A DNA stretch of 64,000 nucleotides from Chrysomallon squamiferum (taxonomy: Eukaryota > Animalia > Mollusca): NCBI GenBank assembly GCA_012295275.1, contig CM022669.1, positions 15,128,001-15,192,000 of the forward strand. The letters run 5' to 3'. The notes below the pieces were generated by a model. It was not told the DNA's origin. It worked only from the letters and a program-made list of their open reading frames with translations, and did not search any database. The translations under genes were made by a program, and so were the position numbers. The stretch's first letter is position 1. Every line of letters starts with the position of its first letter. Below are positions 31,146 through 45,350 of this stretch, in pieces.

Positions 31146-32408
31146 CTAATCTATATTTTATTTTATTTTATTTATTAATTTTGGTGAGGGGGTGCAAAAT
31201 ATAATTTTTAAATTATTATTATTATTATTATTATTTTTTAATTATTATTTTTTTTAAATTGTAACATATCTTTCTTTATTTTTTTTTCCTTCCATATTTT
31301 CCCCCTTTCTTTATTCTTCCAATTTTTGTTGTTTCACTTAAATATGTAATTTTTAAAAATCTTTATTTACTTAACATTAACACCGCTTACTGTTTTAATT
31401 TCATAATTATGTGAGGTTTTTTTGGGGATTGTTGGAATGGCATGGGTATGTATGTATTTGAAAGAGAAAGAGACTGATAAAAACGCTTATGAAAGTACAT
31501 TGAAAAATAAATAGGATTGTTTAAATACCAATCAATAAAATCAGTGAATCGATCAGTAACTCAAACGGTCAATCTACACATACTTCTCTACACAGGACAA
31601 TGAATTTTTTAAATCGCTGAAGAAAATGTCTTTCTAAGACTACAAATTAAATTACTGAATATTATTATTTCTGTGAAAAGTAAACTGATCCTTTCAAACT
31701 GACATCTCTCGAACCTAACGTTTTCTCAGTAAGGGGCCGCAGCCACATCTGCATTAAACACGATAAGTAATTTTACACTGTCACCATGGTGACGAATCTT
31801 CTGTAACGTCTTTTCACTCCATTCTACACAAGAGCACCGACAAATGCTTTCTGTGATTACCATCAACGTATTGACTATGTTTGGAGACAAAATATACCAC
31901 CTCTTCTCTTGTTAAGCGAGAGAAATGATTTTTTTTTTTTTTGAGGATCTGAAAACAAGGAACGGTCTTGTTACTCGTATTACATAATGCACTCGTCTTG
32001 AAGAATTCCTCGTACTCGAGGCGAATGGAATATTGCAGCAATAAAACTCTAGCAATATTTTAAACGAAGCCGCGATGGGTTTCGGAGCTGCCAACAGAAT
32101 TATTCTAACTGCGTCCGTCGCCTTTGTCAGTTTTTGAAACCAAAATATTGACGTTGGCAATAAAAGCATCTTTGAATTGTTATTGCATTTGGAAATTTCC
32201 AAGTTAATGCCGCTGAGCGGAATGGTTCAGTTTTGAAGTGATCTTGTTGAGGATTCCAACGCACTCGGCAGAGTCGTCAAAAAAGCTGATAGAATCAGTT
32301 GCTTAGCTTTCATTTACGTATTCGCCGCTTCTAGAGTGGATTTTTTTCATAGTTACATCATAACAGCAAGACAGCTAAGTACTTAGCTACTGACCTTCTG
32401 AGTTTAGT

Positions 32409-32411
<3 letters not shown>

Positions 32412-32502
<91 letters not shown>
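32412..32502. repeat. (CT)n microsatellite
   Basis: Direct observation. Confidence 0.95.
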
Positions 32503-32506
<4 letters not shown>

Positions 32507-32686
32507 CTGTACTGCCTTTCTTCGCGTTAATTTTTTTTGTTTCTCTTTTCCATCTGTCTATCTGTCTGTCTGTCTCTAACATCTTTCATTTCGTTCTTTT
32601 TATTAATCATGATCTTTATCATGATGGGTATTAATAATGATAATAACACACGACAAAATTAAATCTATAAATAATTAATATGTATC

Positions 32687-32735
<49 letters not shown>

Positions 32736-33050
32736 TTATAGAAAGAGAGAGCAAGAGAGATAGATAGATAGATAGATAGATAGATAACAGTACCTTTTAT
32801 CTTTTTTGTTCCCGATTAGTTTTAACACTAATGTCACTTTCCACACCGTTCACCGATATTTCTAAAAACAATGGTAATGAGGTCAGCTGAAAACAATTGC
32901 TGTGACGTCATTTGTATATTAAAATAGTAACAATTAAGATTCTGTCGCGTTGAAAGCTATGGAAGGTAATGTAAGGTTAAACTTTTAATTTCGTTTGTAT
33001 ATGTAAATGTGTATAAGTGTTTGCGTGTGTATATATATATACATAAAAAG

Positions 33051-33090
<40 letters not shown>

Positions 33091-33664
33091 ATTTATAAGG
33101 ATGGTTCTAAGATATTTTGTATACCATAATACAGCAGATAACAACAGTTGATACTGGTGGACGAAAGACGTTTTAACAAGAATTTCATTCAAACAAACAA
33201 AAGCTACTTTCTATTTGTCACACACGGAGAACTAAAAAAAAAAAAAAACCTAACTAAATCTGAAAATAAAAAGAGTCAGATGCATTTAAAGCCGGACACA
33301 CACACACACACACAACACACACATACAGTCAAATTATTTCACATTCTGCTACTTCGTAAATTAGCGACACCGAAACTCGTAATCCGAGCCAATTAACGTA
33401 ACTTTCCCTCGTCACTCGCAGTAATTTTCTTGTCTTGTCCTCCTGATGAAGTCCTTTGTCCTAAGCCATCTTCACCTCCTGGCACATCATCTGTGCCATT
33501 GTGTGTCCGACGTTGACAAATGCCTCTTCGTAACGGCCATTTGCAACAAGCACCGATAATTATCCAACAGGCTTGCTCGGAGCCTCAGACAGAACCAACA
33601 TTGTTCTAAGCGTCTTGGAAGATTCTTTTGTTACCAGCAGCATTCATTAGCTGAAGCCAGCGGA

Positions 33665-33695
<31 letters not shown>

Positions 33696-33881
33696 TGGTA
33701 GCGGGAACGAGACTCGCTGCTGTGGAGTCTGGGATTGTTCTCGATCACTTTCAGTCTTTCTGCTGGAAAACGGTTTGTCCCCGGGCTTTCAGTGACGCCG
33801 TAACAGAATATGACGCATAGATTGGTAATGGAATTTTTCATCTTCTGTTGAGGACGAGAGAGTGAAAGGAAAGACAGAGAG

Positions 33882-34290
<409 letters not shown>

Positions 34291-35359
34291 GCTTACATTC
34301 ATACTTGGAGAAAGAGAGGGGAAATCTAACATATCTTTCTTACGACATTATGACTGCTTTTTCAGTTCGACATAATATCACGGAAGCAATCTCATGCAAA
34401 CAGAAAACATTTCGATTTTAATTTCGATTTATGCTGGAACTCAAGTTTTATTACTCACAACAAATATACCTTTTAAAAAATACGATGATATATCCTGGTG
34501 ATATTATTCTTGGCAAAGATTTAAAAAAAAATAAAATAAATAAATAATAAAAAAATAAAAAAAAATATATATATAGTTTTTTTTTTTATAAATGAGTGAG
34601 ATTTTTCCTTCGCTCTGAATTTTAGACCATGACATGCACAATAGCAGAATCATTTGTAAATTGATAAACTTAAAAATACTGACTGTAGTGGTTTCTTTTT
34701 ATCTGTCGTTTATTATCTTAAAAACGACTTCTTTTTTGATGACTTAAGCTCTAATAATGGAGGAAAAAATAAAAACAAAGAAAAAATAATAATGAAGGAA
34801 AACAAAAGAGATACGAGAAAACAAACGGAAATAAAATTTACATTAAAACATAAATTATTTCTTATTTCGTTTCGTTTTTACTGTCCTACGCATTTTAATT
34901 AAATATTAAAATAACAATTAGCTGACAGTTATCTTTTACATGCCATTAAGATCAAAGAATGTTTGACGTTAAATTTCAATAAAACATCTTTTAGCTTTTA
35001 GCTACAGACTGACTTTATGTCGTTATTGTAGACATTTTATAGTTATCATTTTAGGACTTGAACTTACTGAATCAATTAAAGGTGAGAAAAGAAAAGAAAG
35101 TTATATCTCTGTTTTTGTTTTTTGGTGTTTAGTAATCTGACATTAAATCGTACTCTCTTTTCGTTATGTTATGGGTGTGAGATATTAATTTTAAAAAGAT
35201 GAATAGAAAATGTCTACAACGTTTGTAGCAAATAGCCCTTGTTTTTAGTCGAAAAGAAATAAAAAAAAGGGTATCGTGGCTTATGAGAATTTCCATCTTA
35301 TAAAGCACATGATTTATTCTTTATGGTCTTTAATACAAATTATATTCATTCCTAATTAA

Positions 35360-35590
35360 TCAGTAAGTCAATAAGTCAATAAGTCAGCAAGTCAGTAAGT
35401 CAGCAAGTCAGCAAGTCAGTAAGTCATTCAGCAAGTCAGTCAGTAAGGCGGTCATTTAGTAAGTCTGTAAGTCAGTAAATAATGCAATCAGTAAGCCAGT
35501 CAGTCTGTCAGTCTGTAACTACGTCATTCATTAAGCCGTTCAGTCAGTAAATTAGTTATTCAGTAAGTCAGTTAGAAAATCAGTCTGTCA
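35360..35590 (+). repeat. Degenerate 8-bp tandem repeat (TCAGTAAG/TCAGCAAG)
   Basis: tcagtaag-tcaataag-tcaataag-tcagcaag-tcagtaag-tcagcaag..., decaying into TCAG tetramers. Confidence 0.8.
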
Positions 35591-36699
35591 TTTATGTTTG
35601 GTTTGTTTCCTGATTGTTTACGTTCTAACGTAATAACCTAATGATGTGAACTGCGAATATTTAACATTTTGTTACTCACCACCAGCCTTTACTTCTAATA
35701 AAGTATTACAATAAAATATCCGTTACTAGTTAAGTGTTACTATTATCATAACTCTCTTCGTTTGCACACTGTATATACCTCTTTGTTTGTATCTATGACT
35801 CTGTATCTGCTTTCTACCTATGTATTTATATTTTTATGTGTGTGCATATCTGAATATTTATCACTGCAAATTTTTGGTGTCTACAGTCGATTTCACTTAT
35901 ATGTCTACGAGGTGACGTCAAACCACAATAGTAACTTTCAGTCTACATGTATTGTCACGTTCAGAGTATTTGTATTATACTGTATTATTAGCAAAAGTTT
36001 ATGTTCGGCAACATTTACTAAATTTCGTGGATATATTTAAAAATATTAAACACAATGAGATCATTGATTCTTACCACTAAATGTACAGTTTAGAAAACAA
36101 CAACATAAAAACAAACAACAGCACGAACAAAACAAAAACGACAACAAACAAACAAACAAACAAACGAATAAACAAACAAAACAACCAACAAAACAAACCT
36201 CAAGTTTTATGACAAATATTGTGTGTATTATTGTAACATTTAGCAATGCAAGTATTTGTAACACATTCTTAACTGTTTAACGTATTTCCATTTCGAGTTT
36301 GATTTTTTTTCTCTCCACTTAAGTACACTTAAACTAACAAATAGAACGATTCATCATGACATTTATTTATTGTTTTCATTACACTGACATACGTATTAAG
36401 TTCAACGAACTGTTAATATGTAAAGTGTCAGCGAAAGGCGAAAGAAAATATCAAGCTGCAGCACAGACAGATAAAATGTTCTCGTTTATTTTATACATTT
36501 CTTCTTTTAAAAAAAAAAAAAAAAAAATCCTTTTCATATACGTCAGTACAAATAAGAACACACTTAAACTTTCAGACACCTGTATATAAAATACATTTCC
36601 TCTCTTCTCAGTTTAATTAGCTGTTAGTTAAACACTTTTTTAAAAACCAAGCTGGCAGTTCACTGTAAGATTTTATGTCTGTTTTATTATTTTGAACAG

Positions 36700-36833
36700 G
36701 TGACAGCAAGAACGCACCTGAGTCGTCTCCTTTACCTCTTCCAACGTTCCTAGCAACGAAAACGAATTTCACGTTTCGTGAAGGCGAACTGGCAAGACTG
36801 GAGTGCTCCGTAGAAAACCTCAGTACGAAAAAG
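36700..36833 (+). CDS. Internal exon of Dpr/ZIG-8-like IgSF gene: N-terminal half of Ig V-type domain
   Basis: Acceptor ttttattattttgaacAG| and donor AAG|GTAAAC; 134 nt, phase 1 to phase 0. Translates (x)DSKNAPESSPLPLPTFLATKTNFTFREGELARLECSVENLSTKK, with the Ig A'-B strand pattern G..A.L.C.V.NL and two N-glycosylation sequons (NFT, NLS). It joins in frame to VIWRR of the next exon. It is not in the ORF track. Confidence 0.88.
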
Positions 36834-37862
36834 GTAAACATTTAGAATCCTACGCAATCTAGATATACTTAGCTTCAGTTCGAAGAAAGGTAAACATTTA
36901 GAATCCGACGCAGTCTAGATAGAGTTAGCTTCAGTACGAAAAAGATAAATGTTTAGAATCTTACGTAATCTAGATATACTTAAATTGAGCTCGAAAAAAC
37001 ATTTAGAATCCTACGTAATCTAGATATACTTAGCTTCAGCTCGAAAAAAAGGTAAACATTTAGAATGCTACGTAATCTAGATATACTCAAATTCAGCTCG
37101 AAAAAAAGGTAAACATTTAGAATGCTACGTAATCTAGATAGACTTAGCTTCAGTACGAAAAAGGTAAACGTTTAGAATCCTACGCAATCTAGATATACTT
37201 AGCTTCAGTTCGAAGAAAGGTAAACATTTAGAATATTACGTAATCTAGATTTACTTAGCTTCAGTTCGAAAAAAAGGGTAAACATTTAGAATCTTACGTA
37301 ATCTAGATATACTTAGCTTCAGTTCGAAAAAAAAGCTAAACATTTAGAATCCTACGTAATCTAGATATACTTAGCTTCAGTTCGAAAAAAAGGTTAAACA
37401 TTTAGAATCTTACGTAATCTAGATATATTTAACTTCAGTTCGAAAAAAAAGGTAAACGTTTAGAATCTTACATAATCTAGATATACTTAGCTTCAATTCG
37501 AAAAAAGGTTAAACATTTAGAATCCTACGCAATCTAAATATACTTAGCTTCAGTTCGAGTAAAAAGGGTAAACATTTAGAATCCTACGTAATCTAGATAT
37601 ACTTAGCTTCAGTTCGAAAAAAAGGTTAAACATTTAGAATCTTACGTAATCTAGATATATTTAACTTCAGTTCGAAAAAAAAGGTAAACGTTTAGAATCT
37701 TACATAATCTAGATATACTTAGCTTCAGTTCGAAAAAAGGTAAACGTTTAGAATCTTACATAATCTAGATATACTTAACTTCAGTTCGGAAAAAAGGGTA
37801 AACATTTAGAATCCTAAGTAATCTACATATACTTGAGTTCGAAAAGAAGCTAAACATTTAAA
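36816..37862 (+). repeat. Minisatellite, ~19 units of ~55-60 bp, starting inside the exon and containing its splice donor
   Basis: Consensus CTTCAGTTCGAAAAAAAGGTAAACATTTAGAATCCTACGTAATCTAGATATACTTAG, repeated head to tail. Length variation lies mostly in the A-run. Confidence 0.95.
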
Positions 37863-38190
37863 TATCTGTACTCGATGCCTAACATCAGCAGAACAATCTA
37901 AACATATATAAATCCATACGTAACCCCAAAACTTAACCTCATTACGAAAAAAAGTAAACAGAAATCAGTACGTACACTTCATGCACAACCTCAGTAAAAT
38001 GTAAACATTTGGAAATTATTACATAACTCTAATACGAAAACAGTTAAACATCTGGAAATCGGTATATAACCTCGTTACACAAAGAGGTAAACATTTTGAA
38101 GTGAGTGGATAACTTTATTACGAAAAGAGGTAAACATCTCGAAAACATCAGAAGTAAACATTTAGAATTAAGGGAATAACCTCCTTATGA
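37863..38190 (+). repeat. Degenerate distal tail of the junction minisatellite (shorter, ~40-50 bp period)
   Basis: Diverged copies of AACCTCAGTACGAAAAAGGTAAACATTT, e.g. aacctcattacgaaaaaaagtaaacag (~37936), aacctcgttacacaaagaggtaaacattt (~38068) and aactttattacgaaaagaggtaaacatct (~38112). Confidence 0.75.
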
Positions 38191-38425
38191 CATTTTCAAT
38201 GGAAAACATCAGTCGGTTCAGCTATCACTTTAAGACGAATTGACGTTTACTGGCTTTGATTTATTCCATTTTGATCTGTTTGTTAGTAAATGTAAAACGA
38301 AAATGAAGAAAACTAAATAAATTGGACCTCTCATTCTCACGTTATCTCTCCATCTCACTCAATATTGTCACTCACTCATTTTTATTTATCATGTTTTCCT
38401 TTTTTCTTCTTTTCACTCTGTTAAA

Positions 38426-38462
38426 CTCTCTCACCCTCTCTCTCTCTCTCCCTCTCTCTCTC

Positions 38463-38560
<98 letters not shown>

Positions 38561-38586
38561 TCTCCCTCTCACCCCCTCTCTCCCTC

Positions 38587-38637
<51 letters not shown>
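38426..38637. repeat. (CT)n polypyrimidine microsatellite
   Basis: Direct observation. Confidence 0.95.
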
Positions 38638-38640
<3 letters not shown>

Positions 38641-39256
38641 TTATTTATTTATAGAAGGAAAACATACAATTTTCCTTTTATAAACAAATAAAAAATACAG
38701 TATTTATTAAATTATATTAACTTTAGATTATTTAAAAAATAATTTCCAATTATGTTTTATCAATTGCTTGTTAATGATAGTTTACAAAATGCTCATGCCA
38801 TTACCTCTAACGAAATTAACAAAAAAAAAAAATCAAAAAAATCTTGATCAATTAACCAACGAAATTTCGATCAATCTGTCTGTTCGCCAAGAAGATTACA
38901 CGGTCGAGGAAACCAGAGTACAATCGATACAACTAAAAGGTAAACTTCAGTTTTCAGATACTATCATTATGAAATGCTGTCGTGCACGTCGTCGGTGTGT
39001 TTGTTTGCCTTGAGGCGCCGTTTGTCCGCGGTGCGCAGCGATCCGATGGAGGAGAGTATTCACGGAAGACAGCGGAAGTCCAATACATGTATTTTTAATT
39101 TGTACGCCTCGGCAGATTCCCAGTGCATCCTTTTATGTTAGATCACTATCTTAACTGCCGTCAATTCAAATCAGTGAAATGGTTTCAGTTTTTCTTTCTT
39201 TCATTCTTTTTCTTTTTTTTAAATGCAATAAAATAATAATAATAAAAAAAAAATAA

Positions 39257-39287
<31 letters not shown>

Positions 39288-40151
39288 GAGCACAAAACAA
39301 CAACAAAACAAACAAAGTATAAAACAACAATAAACAAACACACAAACACACCAACATTTCGAAATTTGGAAAATTAGTTTATGATGACAGAATGAATGAA
39401 TGACAGTGAAACAAAGCGAGAAAAATAAATAAAACAAAAATAACATTTGTACATCTGTAATTAGCGACTAGTTTGTTTTAAATCATTGAAATTTCTGAAT
39501 ATTTCATCTGAACAAACGTCTTATTTTTTTCGAACGAATCTTGACATTCATCAGTTCTGTGTTACCAACACATTCTTCTGCTAATCTGTTTAAGTCGTCT
39601 CGCCAATGTCTCCTCCATTATTCTCTATGAAAAGACTTGGCAATCAGCCGTGATTTGGCAGCGGAGGTAGTTAATTTAATTACTCTTTAAGGCTTGTATG
39701 TTTGCGTACGGAAAACACAGTTTCTGCGAAGAGAAGGCTCGGGGGACTTTGGCTGTATACACACGTAAAACAAATTGTGTGCTTCATTATTCATAACAAA
39801 CTTTTTCGATTACTTGAGCTTTTATCATTTTAAACAGTCCAAACATTCGGTGGTCAAGAAGTAAAATCCATCCTTGTCGTTAATCATTCGGATGTTTTCG
39901 CAGGATTGATCGGTTTTGGGCGTGCGACCAAGTGCCGTAACATCGACAGTTTCCGTGTTCCGAGCATGAACGAAAGTTATCGATCGACATTTTTTTTTTT
40001 TTTTCCGATCTGAAAAACCGTTATCTTTCGATAAGGTACACAGATGTACATATTAATAACGAAACACTGGACAATGGTAAAGGAAGAACATCATAAAACT
40101 TATTGATGAAATAAATTTGAAAAACAAAACAAGAACAATAAAACATATTTC

Positions 40152-40214
<63 letters not shown>

Positions 40215-41987
40215 GATGTAACCGAGTGATTACAAACCTAGCCTGAGGCGTTGTAAGTCGCAAGATCGAATCTGCTCGGTGGACTCCAGGCTACTTCCTA
40301 TTTCAAAGACATACTAACGAGTGGGTTATCAGTATGCTTGGCATTTCTTATGAATACAGGGACAACTGTATATAAAATAATCCATTACTATTTTCGATAA
40401 GATCATTTAATAATCACTGGTAAAAAATAATTAGGAATCACGCCTGTAAAACTGATCAGATCAGAAGTTTCATTCTCGTATTTCAGCGTAGGTAACTTAT
40501 AACTTTCTACACGTAAGAAAACACATCAAGCCACAGACCCAAACATACACTCCGCCACGTTTGTTTCAAACAGCAAAACTACTCAACGCTTGAAATAACA
40601 CAAAATGTGAGGGTATGTCCTTCAATGGCATTTTCTTCAATAATGGATCATAATTAAAGGAAAAGATGACTCGGCATTAATACACGTGTTTTCTATTTAT
40701 CATCAAAGACTGCTTAACGCATGCAAATATTGAAAAGCTTATGGTATGCTCTGTTTAAAGTGTGAGAGGTTACAACCGCGAGATTTTCTGGTATCAGCCT
40801 TCCGAAATCAAACAGTTATTTTCTTTCAAAGGAATAACTGCAACTGTGCACTGGTTTAAGAAAAATGAATGTTTCCATGTTTTGCCCCGAAGCAGTAATC
40901 AACTATAATAATTACATTTGCCTTTAGAATTATTCCGCTTCACACCTTGGGGTCATAGTTAATGTTGTTTAGGTTTCTGTTACCCTTTTTTCCAATTGCT
41001 TCTACTATTTTTTTTATTTTATTAATTTATTTTTTTCAAGGCTGCAAGATTGTATTAGTAGTTGTGGTAATTATAATAGTTTAAAGGAAGCTGTAGTTGC
41101 CATAGTACATTACTGAAAAAGAAAACAGTATGATGGTGCTGTGTGTGTTACAAGTCCAGTTACAAATTAAAACTTGGTAACATTGTTATTCTTAACTTTA
41201 TGACTATGTTATTCTTAATTTCAAAACTACATGAGGGGTATATTTGTTTCAAAACTGGAATCCAGTTACTTATTGAACATAAAATTCCATGATGGTATTG
41301 TATTATGTTGTGAAAAAAAGAGAGATAATAAAATAAATAAATAAATAAAAACAAACTTTTTGTCGGTAAATTAAATAAAATAAATAACGATACACTGTAC
41401 ATTAAAAGAAAAGAAAAGTAAACTAAACAAAGATATGATAGTTTATATGTTATGTGCTGAATATTTATTAATTTATTAATTCTCTTTTATTTTCTGTTTC
41501 TAATAATCCTGATGTGATGTCAGAGATATCTTAAACGATTATTCCTGACTATCTGAACATTACGTCAGGCTAAAAAAAAAAAAATAATAATGTCCCTGTC
41601 GTACTCATTTGACAAAATTCTCAATTTACTTTATTTTCTGGACAGATAGAATTTCCCATTCCAATCCACTACGGTTTTTGTAACAACATCCTCTCTCGTA
41701 GCGCTGACTTCCTGGTTTTACAAAGGAAGCTAATTCGTGTTTCTCTTCTTTTCTTCTCTCTGACACCAGCTCTAATTTTCTTCAGGATATTGATTGCCTT
41801 TAAGTCTTCTCCTAATTACTCTTGCTAACTGTAACCTAATTTCAATAGAGCGCCTTATGAAAAGGAGGAAAAAACTGCAAGAAAGAAATATAAAAAACAA
41901 AAATTATAGCGAAAAGAAAAGAAGAAAAATAAAAAAAAACGAAAGCGGAAAAGATAAAAACTAAAACTAAACGGAGAATGGAAAGGA

Positions 41988-42025
<38 letters not shown>

Positions 42026-42076
42026 ATAAAAGACAAAATAAAAAGAGATAAAAGATGCAATAATAATAATAATAAC

Positions 42077-42115
<39 letters not shown>

Positions 42116-44298
42116 CATAATCATAATCATAATAATAATAATAAAATAGATTAACTAACCAGCTATATAAATACATAAACAAATAAAGAATGTTTAACCC
42201 TGAGCCAGGTTACATTTAATTAATCTATTAGATATGCCTCTTTCTAATACACAAGAATCATGCTTAGCCTAAGTTTTACTTTAATGTTGACTTTTGTATA
42301 CACACAAAATTATGGACTTTTTAAAAGTTATAAAAATTCCAATCTCTAGCTATGGCACTAAATTAACAAAATCAAAAATATCTCACTATTGCATATAATG
42401 CAGCCATGGATGGTGTCTCTTAATTTTAACGTTAAAAAAAAATAATAATAAAAAATAAAATAAAATAAAATATGATGCCAATTACTGAAGGAAATCATTG
42501 TCTAGACTTCTGCGGGTTAATGGATACAAATACTGACTGTGTTGTTAACGGTGCTAAACATTTGGGTAATAAATAACTAAATTAATGTCCAGCCGTACCC
42601 TCGCTGCTTGCAGACTTTTCCCACAGTTACATAAATTAATCTTCCATTCTTCCGCGGGTATTTACATATTTCACTTTCCTGCTGAAATCATCTGACGGGC
42701 AGACTCTCGCTATAAACGATTTTAAGATTGGCACGAAAAAAAATTGCAGAAGCATGCTTCGTTAAGTCCAATTTCGTCTCGTGCTACTCAGACCACATAC
42801 ATCAGGTTAATCGCAAAACGTAGACAGGCAGTTCGGATAGACGACCACCGCTCGGAAATTCCGATATTTTTGCCATCGTGTTTCGTTTTTTTTTTTTTTT
42901 TTTTTATCGCCACACATTTGCAAACACTTGTATGCATCGTGGCATGATGATTTACAGGTGTGTGTGTGTGTCAGATATCATAAACCTGTATTAGATGGAA
43001 TCGATGCGAGACACAACAGGATGATGAAGACTTCGCTCTGTTGCATGCTGAGTGGTGGCTGAAGTAATTGGGTTGAAGGTGCACGCGTTCGGCAAACCAG
43101 GAACTCCGAAGAGAGAATCTGGAACGATAAAACAAGAAGGGCTAATTCGAAGAAAACGCTATGTTTTGGTGTGCTTGTTTTATGCATGGGCCACGTATTT
43201 CCGAAATAAAAATAAATTATTAAGAGTTGACGCTTTTCAGAATTTGGAATTTAGGAAAATGATTGAAGATTTTTGTACGATTTTAAAAGTTTTTAATGAT
43301 TATTTTTAAGTAACAACAACAGCAAAAACAATTATTATTATTATTAAGTTATATGCACTTATATTTATTTTATTATTATTATTATTATTATTATTTTACG
43401 TTTGTAGTATCAAGCTACAAAACAAAAGTTTCTATGGACTTTAATCTTCCTTTTTTCACGGACTTGTAGTTCAGTGATTTTTGCATGCTCTTTGTAAAAA
43501 AGCGGACATAACAACATCCGATGTGATTATTTCCAAAAGGTCATCCCAGAGGACAAAGGAATTGGATTTCATTTTAATTTTAGTATATATATATATATAT
43601 ATATGTTTTAACCTTATGTAATGCTTTCTTCAGACCAGTTTTAAAAATTCAACTAGCTGTAAACCATTTTATTTTCTTTCATTTTGAAAATTTCATTATA
43701 AAATTAATAAATTTATTTGAAGTTTGCAATAATGATATCTGTAAAGAAAAGAGATATTGCGGATTTGTGGAAGATATTCAATACATAGAAACAACACCAA
43801 TCAAATACACACACATATAGTAACAAATAAACATATATACAGACAAAAAAACATCCGAATAGACACACCTGTAGATCACAGTCCCTTTAACATATATACG
43901 TCATCGATGTCATCATCAGTATCATCGTCATCATCATCATCACAGCTATAATCATTGTTCTTGTTATTATTGTTGTTTTTGCTATCGTTATTATTATTAT
44001 TATTGTTGTTGTTATTGATGTGTTGATGTTGTTAATATTGTTATTATCCTAGTACTAGACCAGTATATGGAAATTACAGAAATAATGACATTTGAAATCT
44101 ACTAGTTTATCATAAGAGTCAGGTTTTTTTTAAAATTTTGTTGTTGTTGTTATATTTTGGATAATATACTATTTATCATATTATTCTAAAGTTTATGAAA
44201 TGCAGCCACGTAATTACAAAATTAGAGTCTATTTATAACATTTTACGCAAACAAGAGAGACAAAGAGAAAGATAAATAGATAGGAGAGACACAGAAAT

Positions 44299-44404
<106 letters not shown>

Positions 44405-45215
44405 AGCAACATAAAGCTAGAGAGTTTCAGAGAAAGAGAGGCTGAATGAGAGACAATTAAAGAGAGTCAATGGGAATTATTCAATAAATTGCAATTTTAC
44501 GCACACAGGCTGTGTACCACATTACGTTATTATCATGAGAGAATATCCATTTAAATGCATTTTTCTCTCAGCCCTCGCGTGCTATACATCTCAAATACAA
44601 TTCAGTATACTACGATCTCAATACATTTGTTTTTTTCGCTACAGGCCAACTGATGTCGTAGACCCGTTTCTAATAAGAGCTGTATAGAAATAATTTTTAC
44701 ACTTGGGTAAATTAAAATAACGTAATGTAGTTTAATATTGAAGCTGCACAGATACATGTAATAAGTTTCAGCTATGTTCGCGTACAATAGTTATAAATTC
44801 TATTTTTCCTATTCCTTCAATGGATATATCGTTATATATGGGTAATACAATTCATACCAGTGATATATCTCTCTTTTTCTCTTTCTCTTGCTTTGATTAT
44901 CTATTTTTCCTTGTTATATACTTCTCGTTCTCTCTATCTGTGTTTGTTTTTCTATATCTGTTTTTCTGTCTATCTATTTCTCTCCCACCCCTCTCCTTTC
45001 TCTCTTTCTCTGTCGTTATCGCTGGTTTATCGCTGGTCAAAAGACGTACGCAAAAGACGTATTTTATATAGATGTATATAAACACACAAACATATACACA
45101 TAAAATCTATAGAAAAATATTAACGCACGCACACGTGCTTAAATGTTCTAACCTCGCCAGCTTACTGTCTAACTGACCATATAGATACAAATGCACTCAC
45201 ACAATCGCACACACA

Positions 45216-45350
<135 letters not shown>

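Noticed and set aside
36617-36841. Minus-strand 74-aa ORF in the track
   Set aside because: Antisense shadow of the real + strand exon 36700-36833.
36816-37862. CRISPR-like appearance of the regularly spaced array
   Set aside because: Units are contiguous with no unique spacers, there are no cas genes, and the context is a eukaryotic intron.
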